IMG/VR virus record: IMGVR_UViG_3300042345_000884
Location: 1 to 64,000 of that record
DNA length: 64,000 nt
Origin: a virus
Reading direction: 5' to 3' (one strand)
A model generated the notes under the pieces. The model did no database searches and was not told the DNA's origin. It saw nothing but the letters and a program-made list of their open reading frames with translations. Shown one piece after another: positions 1 through 9,318 of the stretch (position 1 is the first letter of the stretch; every line of letters begins with the position of its first letter). Made by a program: the position numbers and the translations under genes.

Positions 1-357
1 ATGTCTTTTTTCGTCTCAGATTGTCCTTCTCGTCACACAGAGTGGCCTCAGCTTGACCCCGTACAACTGAGTCCAGAAAAAATAGAACAAGAAAAAAAAC
101 AGGCAGAAAAAAAGATTTTTAGAAGTATTCATTCAAAAAGAATACTTGGGAGTCTAGAAAAAATTGAAATAGTTTACGGATATACAGTTTATGAATTTTC
201 TGATGGCAGCCGATGGAACTTAGAGAATTATTATAGACATTTAGAAAGTATTCCCCTTTACGGTCCGTACTTAAGTGACTATGGAATTAACCGAAAAGAT
301 AAAGAAGGATTTAGTCCAGTTAGAACATATCAAGCAACAAATGATATGTTTCAATAA
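1..357 (+). CDS. hypothetical protein (may be 5'-truncated)
   Basis: ORF at window edge, ends at a bidirectional terminator. Confidence 0.5.
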   Translation: MSFFVSDCPSRHTEWPQLDPVQLSPEKIEQEKKQAEKKIFRSIHSKRILGSLEKIEIVYGYTVYEFSDGSRWNLENYYRHLESIPLYGPYLSDYGINRKDKEGFSPVRTYQATNDMFQ

Positions 358-366
358 ATCTCAAAT

Positions 367-396
367 AAAGAACAGAGGGTTAACCCTCTGTTCTTT
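367..396. terminator. bidirectional terminator
   Basis: perfect 30-bp palindrome AAAGAACAGAGGGTTAACCCTCTGTTCTTT between convergent genes. Confidence 0.8.
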
Positions 397-400
397 CTTG

Positions 401-955
401 TTATGCTCCGATTAGTTTCTCCTGTAAATATTGGTAAACTTCTTTCTGTAAATCTTTTGGGGCAGAACACAGAAAAGCTTTCACATCTTCTAGATCGATC
501 TCTTTAATCATCTTCTGTAACTCATCTAGCTTTGAGTAAAGAGACTCAACTTCTTTAATTACAAGCTTTGCTTTAACTTGAGTATCAGCTTCCTGAAAAA
601 GTTCGGGAACTAAATTAGGATTTTTAACACAATCCTTTTTTTGATTGATTGGATCTTTTAGAAAATCCTGAATTGTTAGCCAGTCGCCATTAAGATAATT
701 CACAAAAGAATCTGTATCAAGACCAAATACAGCAGCTAGTAATCGCATATTCCCTAGATCAGGGCAACTAGCGATATTTTTTAGCTCCCAGTTTTGAACC
801 GCTCCCCCAGAAAATTCTGTGCCAGGTAATCCCAATCGCCGGCCTTCTTTTAGTATCCACTCAGTAAATTCGGCTTGGGTCATACCTAGCCCCATCCTTT
901 TTGCCTTAATAAGACCTCTTGCAAAAGTCTTAAGTCGATCCTTGTACAGCAACAT
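401..955 (-). CDS. XRE-family HTH regulator, candidate phage repressor
   Basis: GMTQAEF...SGGAVQNWE...PDLGNMRLLAAVFG motif; divergent from replication genes. Confidence 0.7.
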   Translation of the reverse strand: MLLYKDRLKTFARGLIKAKRMGLGMTQAEFTEWILKEGRRLGLPGTEFSGGAVQNWELKNIASCPDLGNMRLLAAVFGLDTDSFVNYLNGDWLTIQDFLKDPINQKKDCVKNPNLVPELFQEADTQVKAKLVIKEVESLYSKLDELQKMIKEIDLEDVKAFLCSAPKDLQKEVYQYLQEKLIGA

Positions 956-1189
956 TTTTGAAGATTATCAACTACTAATAAATAATTAACTGAAAGTCCC
1001 TCCCATTATTGTTTCTATCGTTTGTTTTCGGATTTATGCAAGAGGTCTATAGTGTCGGACATTTTGCTTATCCCTTTTTCTGTCAGAGCCGAACTTTTTA
1101 CTCGTTTTCGGGGTGATCCGTCGCTATTGAATCGTGGTGTAGCCATAAAAGTGTATTTTGATAAGATACCCTTATCTTACACTACCCTG

Positions 1190-1222
1190 CAAAAAACTTA
1201 CAAAAAACTTACAAAAAACTTA
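1190..1222 (+). repeat. 3x 11-bp tandem repeat CAAAAAACTTA
   Basis: directly visible, in the divergent control region. Confidence 0.9.
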
Positions 1223-1274
1223 CGATCAATCTCAGCTTTTATGCTACAATATAGAAAATTCTGTAGATTAAACT

Positions 1275-1523
1275 ATGTCCGCTAATCAAGATGTCCCAAT
1301 AAAAGTTGTTTCAGTCCGCGTAAAACGAGAGCTATGGGCTGAAATTTGTCAAAGGGCTGAGGTTTTAGACCTAAAGACCCAAGAAGTGTTTGAGATTGCA
1401 CTAAAATCTTACCTTTTTATCCCCATTGACACCGAACTCACTGCCAGAAAAGAAAGCGAAGATGCCTTTTACAACTCTTTGTATAACCTAAAACCTAAGC
1501 GTAGCAAGGATTTGCAGATGTAG
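1275..1523 (+). CDS. ribbon-helix-helix (Arc/CopG-like) DNA-binding protein
   Basis: VVSVRVKRELWAEICQRA...TQEVFEIALKSYL beta-alpha-alpha pattern. Confidence 0.65.
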   Translation: MSANQDVPIKVVSVRVKRELWAEICQRAEVLDLKTQEVFEIALKSYLFIPIDTELTARKESEDAFYNSLYNLKPKRSKDLQM

Positions 1524-1670
1524 TGTAAGTGTAGTATTTACCGATCAAGAAAATTCTGCTAGGATAGTAGATACCTTGATTTGCTCCCTCCTACCCATCT
1601 ACCCAACAAAAAACCCGCTCGGAAGCGGGCCGTGTAAACAAAACACTTTTCTTTTATTTCAATAACATTT

Positions 1671-4553
1671 ATGGTAACACAATCCTCGAATCGTGTCAAG
1701 ATCAACGAAAACAATCCTTGCCCCCACTGTGGTAAGACTGATTGGTGCTATATGTACACAGCCGAGGACGGCAATCTACTCTCGGTATGCAAGCGAAACT
1801 ACGACCCCGCACCAGGATGGGAAAAATCGAGCAAAGTAGATAGTGAGGGTACACCGCTCTACTATCTTAAGAAAGAACCCAAATTTTCTGCCTATAAAGA
1901 AGAAAAAGCCCAATACTTCCTTTATCCCCCTTTTGCCAATGGGTTAAGAGTCCGTGTGTACCGGAAAGATTATTTTGATACAGAAAAGCAAAGATGGGAC
2001 AAAGAAATAAAACAACAGCACTCTACAGATAATGGTAAAAATTGGAAGTGGGGCATAGGTGATATTGAGTACAAAGATATACCTCTTTATCGTCAGAACC
2101 GCCTAGAAAAGGCTATTAAAGAAGGGACCCAGATATTTGTAGTAGAAGGCGAGACTAAGGTAGAAAGGCTTGAGTCGTTTGGGCTGGTTGCCACTTGCAA
2201 TATAGGCGGATCAAAAAAATGGCAGCCAGATCACACGAAAGCTTTAAAGGGAGCAAATCTGATTTTATGCCCTGATCGCGACAAAGGGGGAGTGGCTCAC
2301 TGCCAGAAAATTTATCAAGATTTCCCCGATGCAAAATGGCTTTATGCCTATCCAGATTCTCCTTTATGGGATCACTTGCCAGAATCTCAAGGGGTAGATA
2401 TTATCAATTGGATTGAAGAAAAGAAGGTAACTTGCGATACATTATTAGCTTCGATAGTTGATAAACCAAAAGAAATAAAAGAGAGCAAAGAAAAAGAAGT
2501 CACAGTAACAGAAACGATGACTTTTCAAGACCTAATAACAGCTATTGACGGCTGTATTGGTCAGGAAGAAATCACCCGAACTCAGTGGCAAGAAAAAGTT
2601 GATCTGTGGGCAAAAGCCACTGGTAAAAAGCCAACAGAAATACGGCATTTAATCGACATCCGTAAAACAGAAATAGCGGAAGGGGACGCTATTAAAACAG
2701 GACTAGAAGGTTTCCTGAAAGGTAAGTATTACCAGAAAAAAGAGACTGATCTTTTTGAAATATTGCCGCAACCTTTAGCTGAGGCAATTATATCCCGTGC
2801 CAAGACACTCAATCAACCCCCAATCCGATTACTGCATTCTTTATGGCCAATATTGGGAGCTATTTTAGGTAGTCGATTTGCAATTAATCTCCGAACTACC
2901 GCAAGGGATCGGGAATGCTGGAAGGAATATCCGATTTTTTATTGTGCAGACGCTGGTGGGGTAAGTAGCGGAAAAACTACTACTCAAAAAGAAATTTACA
3001 AGGTATTAAAAAGAAAAGACTTAGATGAGTTAGAAAGACTCTCTAAAAAGCAAGCTAGGCTAAAAGAATTAAAAGCAGAATGGTCTGAAATGACCCGCGA
3101 AGAGCGCAGCACAAACAAAGAAAACGGTGAGGTAAACCCTAGCCTTTACGAAAAAGAAAACTGTCAATCTCGTCGCTGGTTTTACGATGAAGGAACTTTT
3201 GATGGGGTTCTAAAAACGATGTCCACTCAACCTCGCTGGCAAGGTGGGGTATGGGTAGCGGATGAGCTAACGGGACTATTTGAAGGATTAAATCAATACC
3301 GGTCGGGCGGTAAAGGTAATGACCGGCAACGATTGTTATCATCTTGGAATGATCCAGTACAAAATACTTTTGACAGGGTAAAAGAGGAAAATCGCTATTT
3401 CCTGAATGGGCAAACTATCAATATATTAGGTGGGATACAGATACAGAAAGTACAAAAATACTTAGACCTATCTAACGACGTAGATGGATTGGTTTCTCGA
3501 TTTCTTTTTCTATTACATGAACCTCTTGATCCTCAACGCGGGCGACCACCAGAAGACCCTAACTCGATTCAAGAGTGTATTTCTAGTATTATCAATCAAA
3601 TCAGTGGGATTAGCCTAGAAGCTGATGACGATGGAATTGTCGATCCTTATAATTGTTGGTTCACGAAAACTGGTGAGGATTACGCATTTGGAATCAAGTA
3701 TCATTACGAGATGCTTATCAAGAAATATCGAGTAACTAACCCTTCATTCGCTTCTTATATAGGTAAGCAAATGAAGACTTTTTTGAGGCTTACTCTGGCA
3801 ATCCATCTATTGAATTGGATATTTGATCCAGACAACACAAATCTTTACAGTATCCCTGTACAAACAGCCGTTAAAGCGGCTAAGATGACTGATTTTTATA
3901 TTAGCCAATTCTTAACTATTCAGGGGGTTACGTCTCAGGATGAAAATCCAGTACAAGGAATCTTATCCGAGATATGGGAAATTGTTAAAACCACAGGAAA
4001 AATGACACCCCGGGAAGTTGTCGGCAAATTTGGCGGACGTAAAATTAATGGAGAAAAAGTAAATACCTCTATTGCATACACCCTACTTACTCAGTTAGAG
4101 CAAGCTGGCTATGGACGATTAGAGGTCAAGGCAAGGGGCATGGTATTACACTATCAAGAGCCAAAAGAATTAGAAGCTTTTGAGATAGAAGATGAATCCC
4201 TAGAATACCAATCAGAGATAAAAGAAGAAATTGTCCAGGTTCCCACTCCTACTCCAAAACCAGTCACCAAACCTGAGATAGTAGAAGTTGAATCAGAACC
4301 GGTAATCGATGAGTTCTCGGCTGATGGTGTACACATTGATAGCCTTCCTGATCTTGAAAAAGAAAGGGTATTAGTACGAACGGCTGCATCTGTAGAAATA
4401 GGAGAGCGCATTATCCCACCAAGAGTGGTCGGAAAAGTTATAGAAGTAACTTTTGACAATCAATGGCTTTTGAGGGTAGAAACTGTTCTAAATGGGTCTG
4501 TGATTACTTTTACAATTCCATTCTCTAACTGTTATCTAGATATAAGTACCTGA
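1671..4553 (+). CDS. primase (Zn finger + TOPRIM) fused to DUF3987-type domain; replication initiator
   Basis: CPHCGKTDWC, VVEGETK, PDRDKGG; GGVSSGKT P-loop; DELTGLF and DGLVSRFL. Confidence 0.8.
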   Translation: MVTQSSNRVKINENNPCPHCGKTDWCYMYTAEDGNLLSVCKRNYDPAPGWEKSSKVDSEGTPLYYLKKEPKFSAYKEEKAQYFLYPPFANGLRVRVYRKDYFDTEKQRWDKEIKQQHSTDNGKNWKWGIGDIEYKDIPLYRQNRLEKAIKEGTQIFVVEGETKVERLESFGLVATCNIGGSKKWQPDHTKALKGANLILCPDRDKGGVAHCQKIYQDFPDAKWLYAYPDSPLWDHLPESQGVDIINWIEEKKVTCDTLLASIVDKPKEIKESKEKEVTVTETMTFQDLITAIDGCIGQEEITRTQWQEKVDLWAKATGKKPTEIRHLIDIRKTEIAEGDAIKTGLEGFLKGKYYQKKETDLFEILPQPLAEAIISRAKTLNQPPIRLLHSLWPILGAILGSRFAINLRTTARDRECWKEYPIFYCADAGGVSSGKTTTQKEIYKVLKRKDLDELERLSKKQARLKELKAEWSEMTREERSTNKENGEVNPSLYEKENCQSRRWFYDEGTFDGVLKTMSTQPRWQGGVWVADELTGLFEGLNQYRSGGKGNDRQRLLSSWNDPVQNTFDRVKEENRYFLNGQTINILGGIQIQKVQKYLDLSNDVDGLVSRFLFLLHEPLDPQRGRPPEDPNSIQECISSIINQISGISLEADDDGIVDPYNCWFTKTGEDYAFGIKYHYEMLIKKYRVTNPSFASYIGKQMKTFLRLTLAIHLLNWIFDPDNTNLYSIPVQTAVKAAKMTDFYISQFLTIQGVTSQDENPVQGILSEIWEIVKTTGKMTPREVVGKFGGRKINGEKVNTSIAYTLLTQLEQAGYGRLEVKARGMVLHYQEPKELEAFEIEDESLEYQSEIKEEIVQVPTPTPKPVTKPEIVEVESEPVIDEFSADGVHIDSLPDLEKERVLVRTAASVEIGERIIPPRVVGKVIEVTFDNQWLLRVETVLNGSVITFTIPFSNCYLDIST

Positions 4554-4558
4554 TAGGG

Positions 4559-4587
4559 TTGACGATTTCAGAAGTCCCTGATAGGAT
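4559..4587 (+). promoter_or_regulatory. sigma70-type promoter of the tRNA-like RNA
   Basis: TTGACG-17bp-TAGGAT with extended TG; +1 predicted near 4594. Confidence 0.7.
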
Positions 4588-4593
4588 TGAAGT

Positions 4594-4793
4594 GCTAGGG
4601 TAGCTTGGTAGCTAAAGGCTGTGAAACGGAGCCTTCAACCGAAAAGGGACTTAATGCAAAAAATAAAGGTATTTTTTGTTTCAAAACTGAAATTTGCGAA
4701 TCCACCAAACTTGGCAAAGATTGAGTAAGGGAAGGGCGTTTCGTCAGGAGTAGATTTAATTAAGTTTTGCGGGTTCAATTCCCGTCTCTAGTA
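4594..4793 (+). ncRNA. tRNA-like structured RNA with large internal expansions
   Basis: acceptor GCTAGGG/CTCTAGT+A, T-arm GCGGG-TTCAATT-CCCGT, TAGCT-TGGT-AGC D-like arm, long-range GACTTAAT/ATTAAGTT helix, internal hairpins. Confidence 0.7.
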
Positions 4794-4796
4794 CCT

Positions 4797-5000
4797 ATGA
4801 TTGGAAAATACATTTCCTCTCGATACCCTGAAAAAGTTTATCGTGTTAATTCCTATGGTCGTATCTTTCCCTGTTGTAAACCATTGGGAATTATCAAAAC
4901 CGCTATAGGAATCTACTATCATTTTGAATCAATTGATCATCTCACAAAAGGAGAACAATTTTACTGTTTTAGGAAGGAAGATTTTCAAGAAATTTCTTGA
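4797..5000 (+). CDS. hypothetical protein
   Basis: ORF; ATG at 4797 immediately after the RNA. Confidence 0.55.
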   Translation: MIGKYISSRYPEKVYRVNSYGRIFPCCKPLGIIKTAIGIYYHFESIDHLTKGEQFYCFRKEDFQEIS

Positions 5001-5025
5001 CAATTCTAGTAAAATAATGTAAGAT
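4997..5025 (+). promoter_or_regulatory. sigma70 promoter (CTTGACAATTC class)
   Basis: TTGACA-17-TAAGAT. Confidence 0.75.
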
Positions 5026-5051
5026 TTAAGTAATGAATCAAGGAGAAAATT

Positions 5052-5243
5052 ATGAAGCTTGTTGCAGCAGATATGGACACTACTACAATTAGTTATTATG
5101 CTAATTTTTACGCAGGACAATATCGGAGTTCTAAGCAAGAATCTGGAGAAAATGTACAGAAAAAACGTGACACTTTATACTCGAAAATCAAAGAGTATAA
5201 TAAAATCTTAGAACAGCGTGGGCTTGAAAAAGTAAAGGTGTAG
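5052..5243 (+). CDS. hypothetical protein
   Basis: AGGAG RBS plus ORF. Confidence 0.65.
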   Translation: MKLVAADMDTTTISYYANFYAGQYRSSKQESGENVQKKRDTLYSKIKEYNKILEQRGLEKVKV

Positions 5244-5757
5244 GGGCAAAATGATGACAAATTCAGAAAAGCGACTATGGAGTATAATCTTTCGGATAAC
5301 TATTCTGGTTTATATAGTAGTTTCAACGGCTTTATCGCTAGAATCTATAGAATCCCATAAAGACTATAAAGCTAATTTAAAGTCTATTATACGGTATTGT
5401 TTAGACAATAAGTAAAGGTGTAATCATGGAGGAAACTAAAAAAGTGTGGAAAAACTTATCGAGTCAAGATAACATTGATAAAAACAAAGGACTTATCAGA
5501 GGGACGGAAGAACAAAAGTCTGCCAAAAGACTTAAGGCGCATTTAGATTATTGTAGGCAAAATTCAAAAAATTGGAAACAATGAGATACACAATTAAAAC
5601 AATAGATGGAAAAAATAAGCCTTGCAGGATCAAGACTTCTATGCACGAAAGCCGATTAATGGCTTATCTAGAAGCTTTAGCCCGCAATGGGCATCACAGT
5701 ATCGTAGTAGAAACAGTAAGTATTTCCTAGTAGTTTCACCCAATAGGAGTAACAGTA

Positions 5758-6165
5758 ATGGACACACAACTAGTAGCGGAAAAGCTATTCAATTTCTGTA
5801 AAGAAAAATACCCAGATTTAGACTGGAATTGCGATTTTACAGATGACTACGATAAAGTCATTCGATCACCTTATCTCGATAGATATGGAAAAATTTGGCT
5901 AGACGGATCACTTGAGTGTGTAATTTTGTTAGATGGATCACTTGAGTGTGTTCGATGGCAAGACAACCGAATAGGAAGCTTTAAAATTTGGATAAATCCT
6001 CCGATTGAGGATATAAGTTCTCGGTATGAAGACACCATAGTTTTTGAGAATCTTGCGTATTATAGATATAAGCTATGGAACGCAGAAAATTGGGAGTTAG
6101 TCAAACAATATCGAAAAATAATGTTAGATATTTTTAACTTCATCCTTGATGAAATTCAAGAATAA
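5758..6165 (+). CDS. paralogue-array protein 1
   Basis: MDTQ..EKLFNFC...FNFILDEIQE; AGGAG RBS; internal LDGSLECV duplication. Confidence 0.85.
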   Translation: MDTQLVAEKLFNFCKEKYPDLDWNCDFTDDYDKVIRSPYLDRYGKIWLDGSLECVILLDGSLECVRWQDNRIGSFKIWINPPIEDISSRYEDTIVFENLAYYRYKLWNAENWELVKQYRKIMLDIFNFILDEIQE

Positions 6166-6171
6166 AAACAA

Positions 6172-6196
6172 TACTAGACAGAATATCTGTCTAGTA
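6172..6196. repeat. intergenic hairpin, copy 1
   Basis: TACTAGACAGA-ATA-TCTGTCTAGTA. Confidence 0.85.
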
Positions 6197-6221
6197 GTTT
6201 CACCCAATAGGAGTAACAGTA

Positions 6222-6617
6222 ATGGACACACAACAAGTAACAGAGAAATTATTTAATTTCTGTAAAGAAAAATACCCAGATTTAGACTGGAACTATAGTA
6301 AAGAATGTTCAAAAACAGTTTGTCCTGTTGTATTTATTTCTGGCTCATGTCCTTTATTTAAATTAGAGTTAAAGATTGTTGAAGATTGGTTAAGAATTGA
6401 ATGTATTCGAGGCTATCTTAACCTACAAGACATAAATTTTAGGGGATGTTTCTTAGTTCAACTAAATGACGATAAAGATAGTGAGCTAGAGTTTTACAGG
6501 TCTGATTTTAATGAAACAACTAAGCCGCTAGATAAAAATAAATGGAATCTGTGTAAAAAAGCCAGAAAAATAGTGAGAGAAATCTTTAATTTTATTGAAG
6601 ATGAAATCCAAGAATAG
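6222..6617 (+). CDS. paralogue-array protein 2
   Basis: same N- and C-terminal motifs. Confidence 0.85.
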   Translation: MDTQQVTEKLFNFCKEKYPDLDWNYSKECSKTVCPVVFISGSCPLFKLELKIVEDWLRIECIRGYLNLQDINFRGCFLVQLNDDKDSELEFYRSDFNETTKPLDKNKWNLCKKARKIVREIFNFIEDEIQE

Positions 6618-6632
6618 ACAGGAGTAACAGTA

Positions 6633-7073
6633 ATGGACACACAACAAATAGCGGAAAAGTTATTTAATTTTTGTGAGGGAAGATACCCAGATTTAAAATG
6701 GACATGGAATTATTCTTATAGTGATATTGGTAGAGATGTTTCACTTATTTCACTCATTCTTGGCTCTTGCTCTTTATTTAAATTAGAGATAGAAATTCGC
6801 TCATATAAAAAACAAGAGCGTTATTTTTACGAAAAAGAAGCTACTTACGATTATATACTGGGGTCGCTTTTAATACCTCAATCAGAAGAAAAATCTTTAC
6901 TTCCCTGGTTAGGTAGTTTTCAAGTAAGTCTAAACCATAACAAAAACAGCGAGTTAGAGTTTATGATTGCCACTCATGACGAGTGGAATGATGATAGCTG
7001 GGGTATAGTAAAAAAAGCCAGAAAAATGGTAAGAGAAGTCTTTAATTTTATTGAAGATGAAATTCAACAGTAA
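6633..7073 (+). CDS. paralogue-array protein 3
   Basis: same N- and C-terminal motifs. Confidence 0.85.
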   Translation: MDTQQIAEKLFNFCEGRYPDLKWTWNYSYSDIGRDVSLISLILGSCSLFKLEIEIRSYKKQERYFYEKEATYDYILGSLLIPQSEEKSLLPWLGSFQVSLNHNKNSELEFMIATHDEWNDDSWGIVKKARKMVREVFNFIEDEIQQ

Positions 7074-7079
7074 AAACAT

Positions 7080-7104
7080 TACTAGACAGAATATCTGTCT
7101 AGTA
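7080..7104. repeat. intergenic hairpin, copy 2
   Basis: identical to 6172-6196. Confidence 0.85.
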
Positions 7105-7129
7105 AATTCACCCAATAGGAGTTAAATCA

Positions 7130-7492
7130 ATGGACATAAAACAAGTAACAGAGAAAATATTTGAATTCTGTCACAGAAGTTATCCAAGTTTAAGATGGAA
7201 TCTTGACTCTGAAAATAATATAATTCAGTGTCCACTTTTTCCTGATGAATTAATAATAGAGGTTTTTCTAGATGGTCCGCTTAAGCGTGTTTCATGCGAA
7301 GCGTATTATGTGGGCTCATTTGGATTATGGATAAACCCTGACGATAAAGACAATAACTATCCTTATGAGAATCAAATAGCATTTGATTATATTAGAAAAT
7401 CAAAATCTGATTATTTTGATAACAAATACAGAGAAACTCGAAAAGTAATGCTAGACATTTTCACTTTTATTCTCGATGAAATTCAAGAGTAA
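7130..7492 (+). CDS. paralogue-array protein 4
   Basis: MDIKQVTEKIFEFC...FTFILDEIQE. Confidence 0.85.
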   Translation: MDIKQVTEKIFEFCHRSYPSLRWNLDSENNIIQCPLFPDELIIEVFLDGPLKRVSCEAYYVGSFGLWINPDDKDNNYPYENQIAFDYIRKSKSDYFDNKYRETRKVMLDIFTFILDEIQE

Positions 7493-7505
7493 ATAGGAGC
7501 AACAT

Positions 7506-7916
7506 ATGGACACATGGGAAATAGATATTTATGAAAAGATAGAGGTATTAAAACAAATCGGGGTTTTTTGTGATAATGCCTATAAAATGATTGATTACTC
7601 AAAATGGACTCTTAAACTAAGGCAAATAGATGTTTTCACCGATTTAGTACTAGAAGGCTCTATCAATATTCTCTATCCAAACGAGCTAAAAGGAAAATAC
7701 AATGTTTGGGTTGAGTATCGTTCTAAATCGTCTAAAACTTTAGTAGTTAAGGTAAAAGGGGCAGTCACCGAACATGATTGGGTTGAGATAGATTCAATTA
7801 AAAAAGAGCCAAAAAGTGAAGGAGACAACGAAATCTTAAATATCTTAATTCCAGAAGCAACAAAGATCATGGAGACTATTTTAGGCTTTATTAAAACAAT
7901 TAAAGCTGAGGATTAA
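7506..7916 (+). CDS. paralogue-array protein 5 (subfamily B)
   Basis: LKQIGVFC...ILIPEATKIMETILGFIKTI. Confidence 0.8.
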   Translation: MDTWEIDIYEKIEVLKQIGVFCDNAYKMIDYSKWTLKLRQIDVFTDLVLEGSINILYPNELKGKYNVWVEYRSKSSKTLVVKVKGAVTEHDWVEIDSIKKEPKSEGDNEILNILIPEATKIMETILGFIKTIKAED

Positions 7917-7921
7917 CGCTA

Positions 7922-8418
7922 ATGAACAAAACAGAAGCATTAAAACAAATTGAGGTTTTCTGTAAAGAAACTTTTAAGCATCCTAAAAATTGGAGTCTTG
8001 AAGCGCAGAAGCTCGGCGTAAGTTCCTACGACAAGGACACCAATACTTTCGAGCATTTATATGGGGAGCTTGTCTTAAAAGGCGTGATTTTTGTTGTTTA
8101 TCCTAGCGAATTACTACAAGGAGTTTTTCCTCATGACATTTACTAGGAAGATATTATATTTCAATTAAATATCTTCCCAAGCCGTCTAACATTTTAGAGA
8201 CTAAAGTAGAAAGTTATTTGACACAAACTCAGGTGACTATGTTGCTAATAGGAGATTATCGCCAAGAAAATAAAAGCTGGGTTCAGCTTATTTCAACTAA
8301 AGAAGAATCAGATGTTGCGGGAGATAACGAAGGTTTAAAGATATTGATTCCAGAAGCAACAAAGATAATGGAGACTATTTTAGGCTTTATTAAAACAATT
8401 GAGGCTACAGACACTTAA
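7922..8418 (+). pseudogene. paralogue-array protein 6, frameshifted by a 29-bp insertion
   Basis: N-half (7922) and C-half (8218) both match protein 5; deleting 8117-8145 restores the frame. Confidence 0.75.
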
Positions 8419-8422
8419 AACA

Positions 8423-8755
8423 ATGGCAACAAACGAAGAACTAGGACTTCCGACTAAAGGAACGTATCCAGCTAAGGTAATTAAAGTTATCGATGATTTT
8501 AAAGTAGTAATAAACCGTGGTAAATTAAATTGTATCCGAATAGATGCCTCTCACTTGGTTTATTCAATTACAAACAAGCCAATATACGACCCAATAACTA
8601 GAGACTTCATTGGTCATCGTATCCTTTATAAAGGGTCGGGGAAGGTTATTTCTGTTGAGGAAAATACCTCTATTATTCAAGCTTGCAACAATTCTCGATA
8701 CGATTGCGAGAAATTTATCAATGTTTGCGTCGGTGATTTAGTTATTTGTATTTGA
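8423..8755 (+). CDS. small beta-barrel protein (FlgT C-terminal-like)
   Basis: VVINRG...IYDPIT..FIG...GKVISV pattern. Confidence 0.5.
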   Translation: MATNEELGLPTKGTYPAKVIKVIDDFKVVINRGKLNCIRIDASHLVYSITNKPIYDPITRDFIGHRILYKGSGKVISVEENTSIIQACNNSRYDCEKFINVCVGDLVICI

Positions 8756-8765
8756 GGTAAAAACA

Positions 8766-9269
8766 ATGGAAGTATTAAAAGAAAAGTCACTAAAAGAAAT
8801 CAGAGATTTCTTTAAAAAAACTTTTGAGCAGATGAGTATCTCCGAATACGATACAGTGGACATCTCGGAGTGGGATACGGTCGCAGACGATAAATGTATT
8901 CGTTTAATAGGAACTTTGATAATTAAAGAAGATTATCTTTACAAAACTTATGGTAAGTTAATAAAAAACAAAAAGTATGAAGTTTTGATTGAATGTCGAG
9001 AAATTTCGACTGAATATCAATTAGCGGACAAATCCCTTGAAAAAATCACAATAGAAGGTACGTTAGGCGGGTCTTTGGTTATTCTGCGTTGGAACTACAG
9101 TCTTGACAGAAACGATAAAACCTCAAGTTATAATCTTTATCCAAGCGGAAACAAAGAAGAGTTAAATATTTTAATTCCAGAAACAGAAAAGATATTGGAG
9201 ACTATTTTAGAAAAATGGCTTTTATACAAGATGGAATATGTTTATGGGGTAAAGGTACACAAATTGTAA
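8766..9269 (+). CDS. paralogue-array protein 7
   Basis: LKEIRDFFK...NILIPETEKILETIL. Confidence 0.7.
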   Translation: MEVLKEKSLKEIRDFFKKTFEQMSISEYDTVDISEWDTVADDKCIRLIGTLIIKEDYLYKTYGKLIKNKKYEVLIECREISTEYQLADKSLEKITIEGTLGGSLVILRWNYSLDRNDKTSSYNLYPSGNKEELNILIPETEKILETILEKWLLYKMEYVYGVKVHKL

Positions 9270-9318
9270 TTAACATTCTTTCATTTATCGAACATGAAAT
9301 ACAAACCGAGGTGACACC

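Noticed and set aside
1022-1285. 87-aa ORF in the switch region
   Set aside because: Non-ATG start; runs through promoter and repeat DNA
4650-4750. Minus-strand hammerhead (CTGACGA...GAAA)
   Set aside because: Stem II does not pair and the cleavage triplet would be GCA rather than NUH
4594-4793. Canonical tmRNA or group I intron-containing tRNA-Leu
   Set aside because: Too short; no G3-U70, no evident pseudoknots or Ala-Ala tag end, and no recognisable group I core
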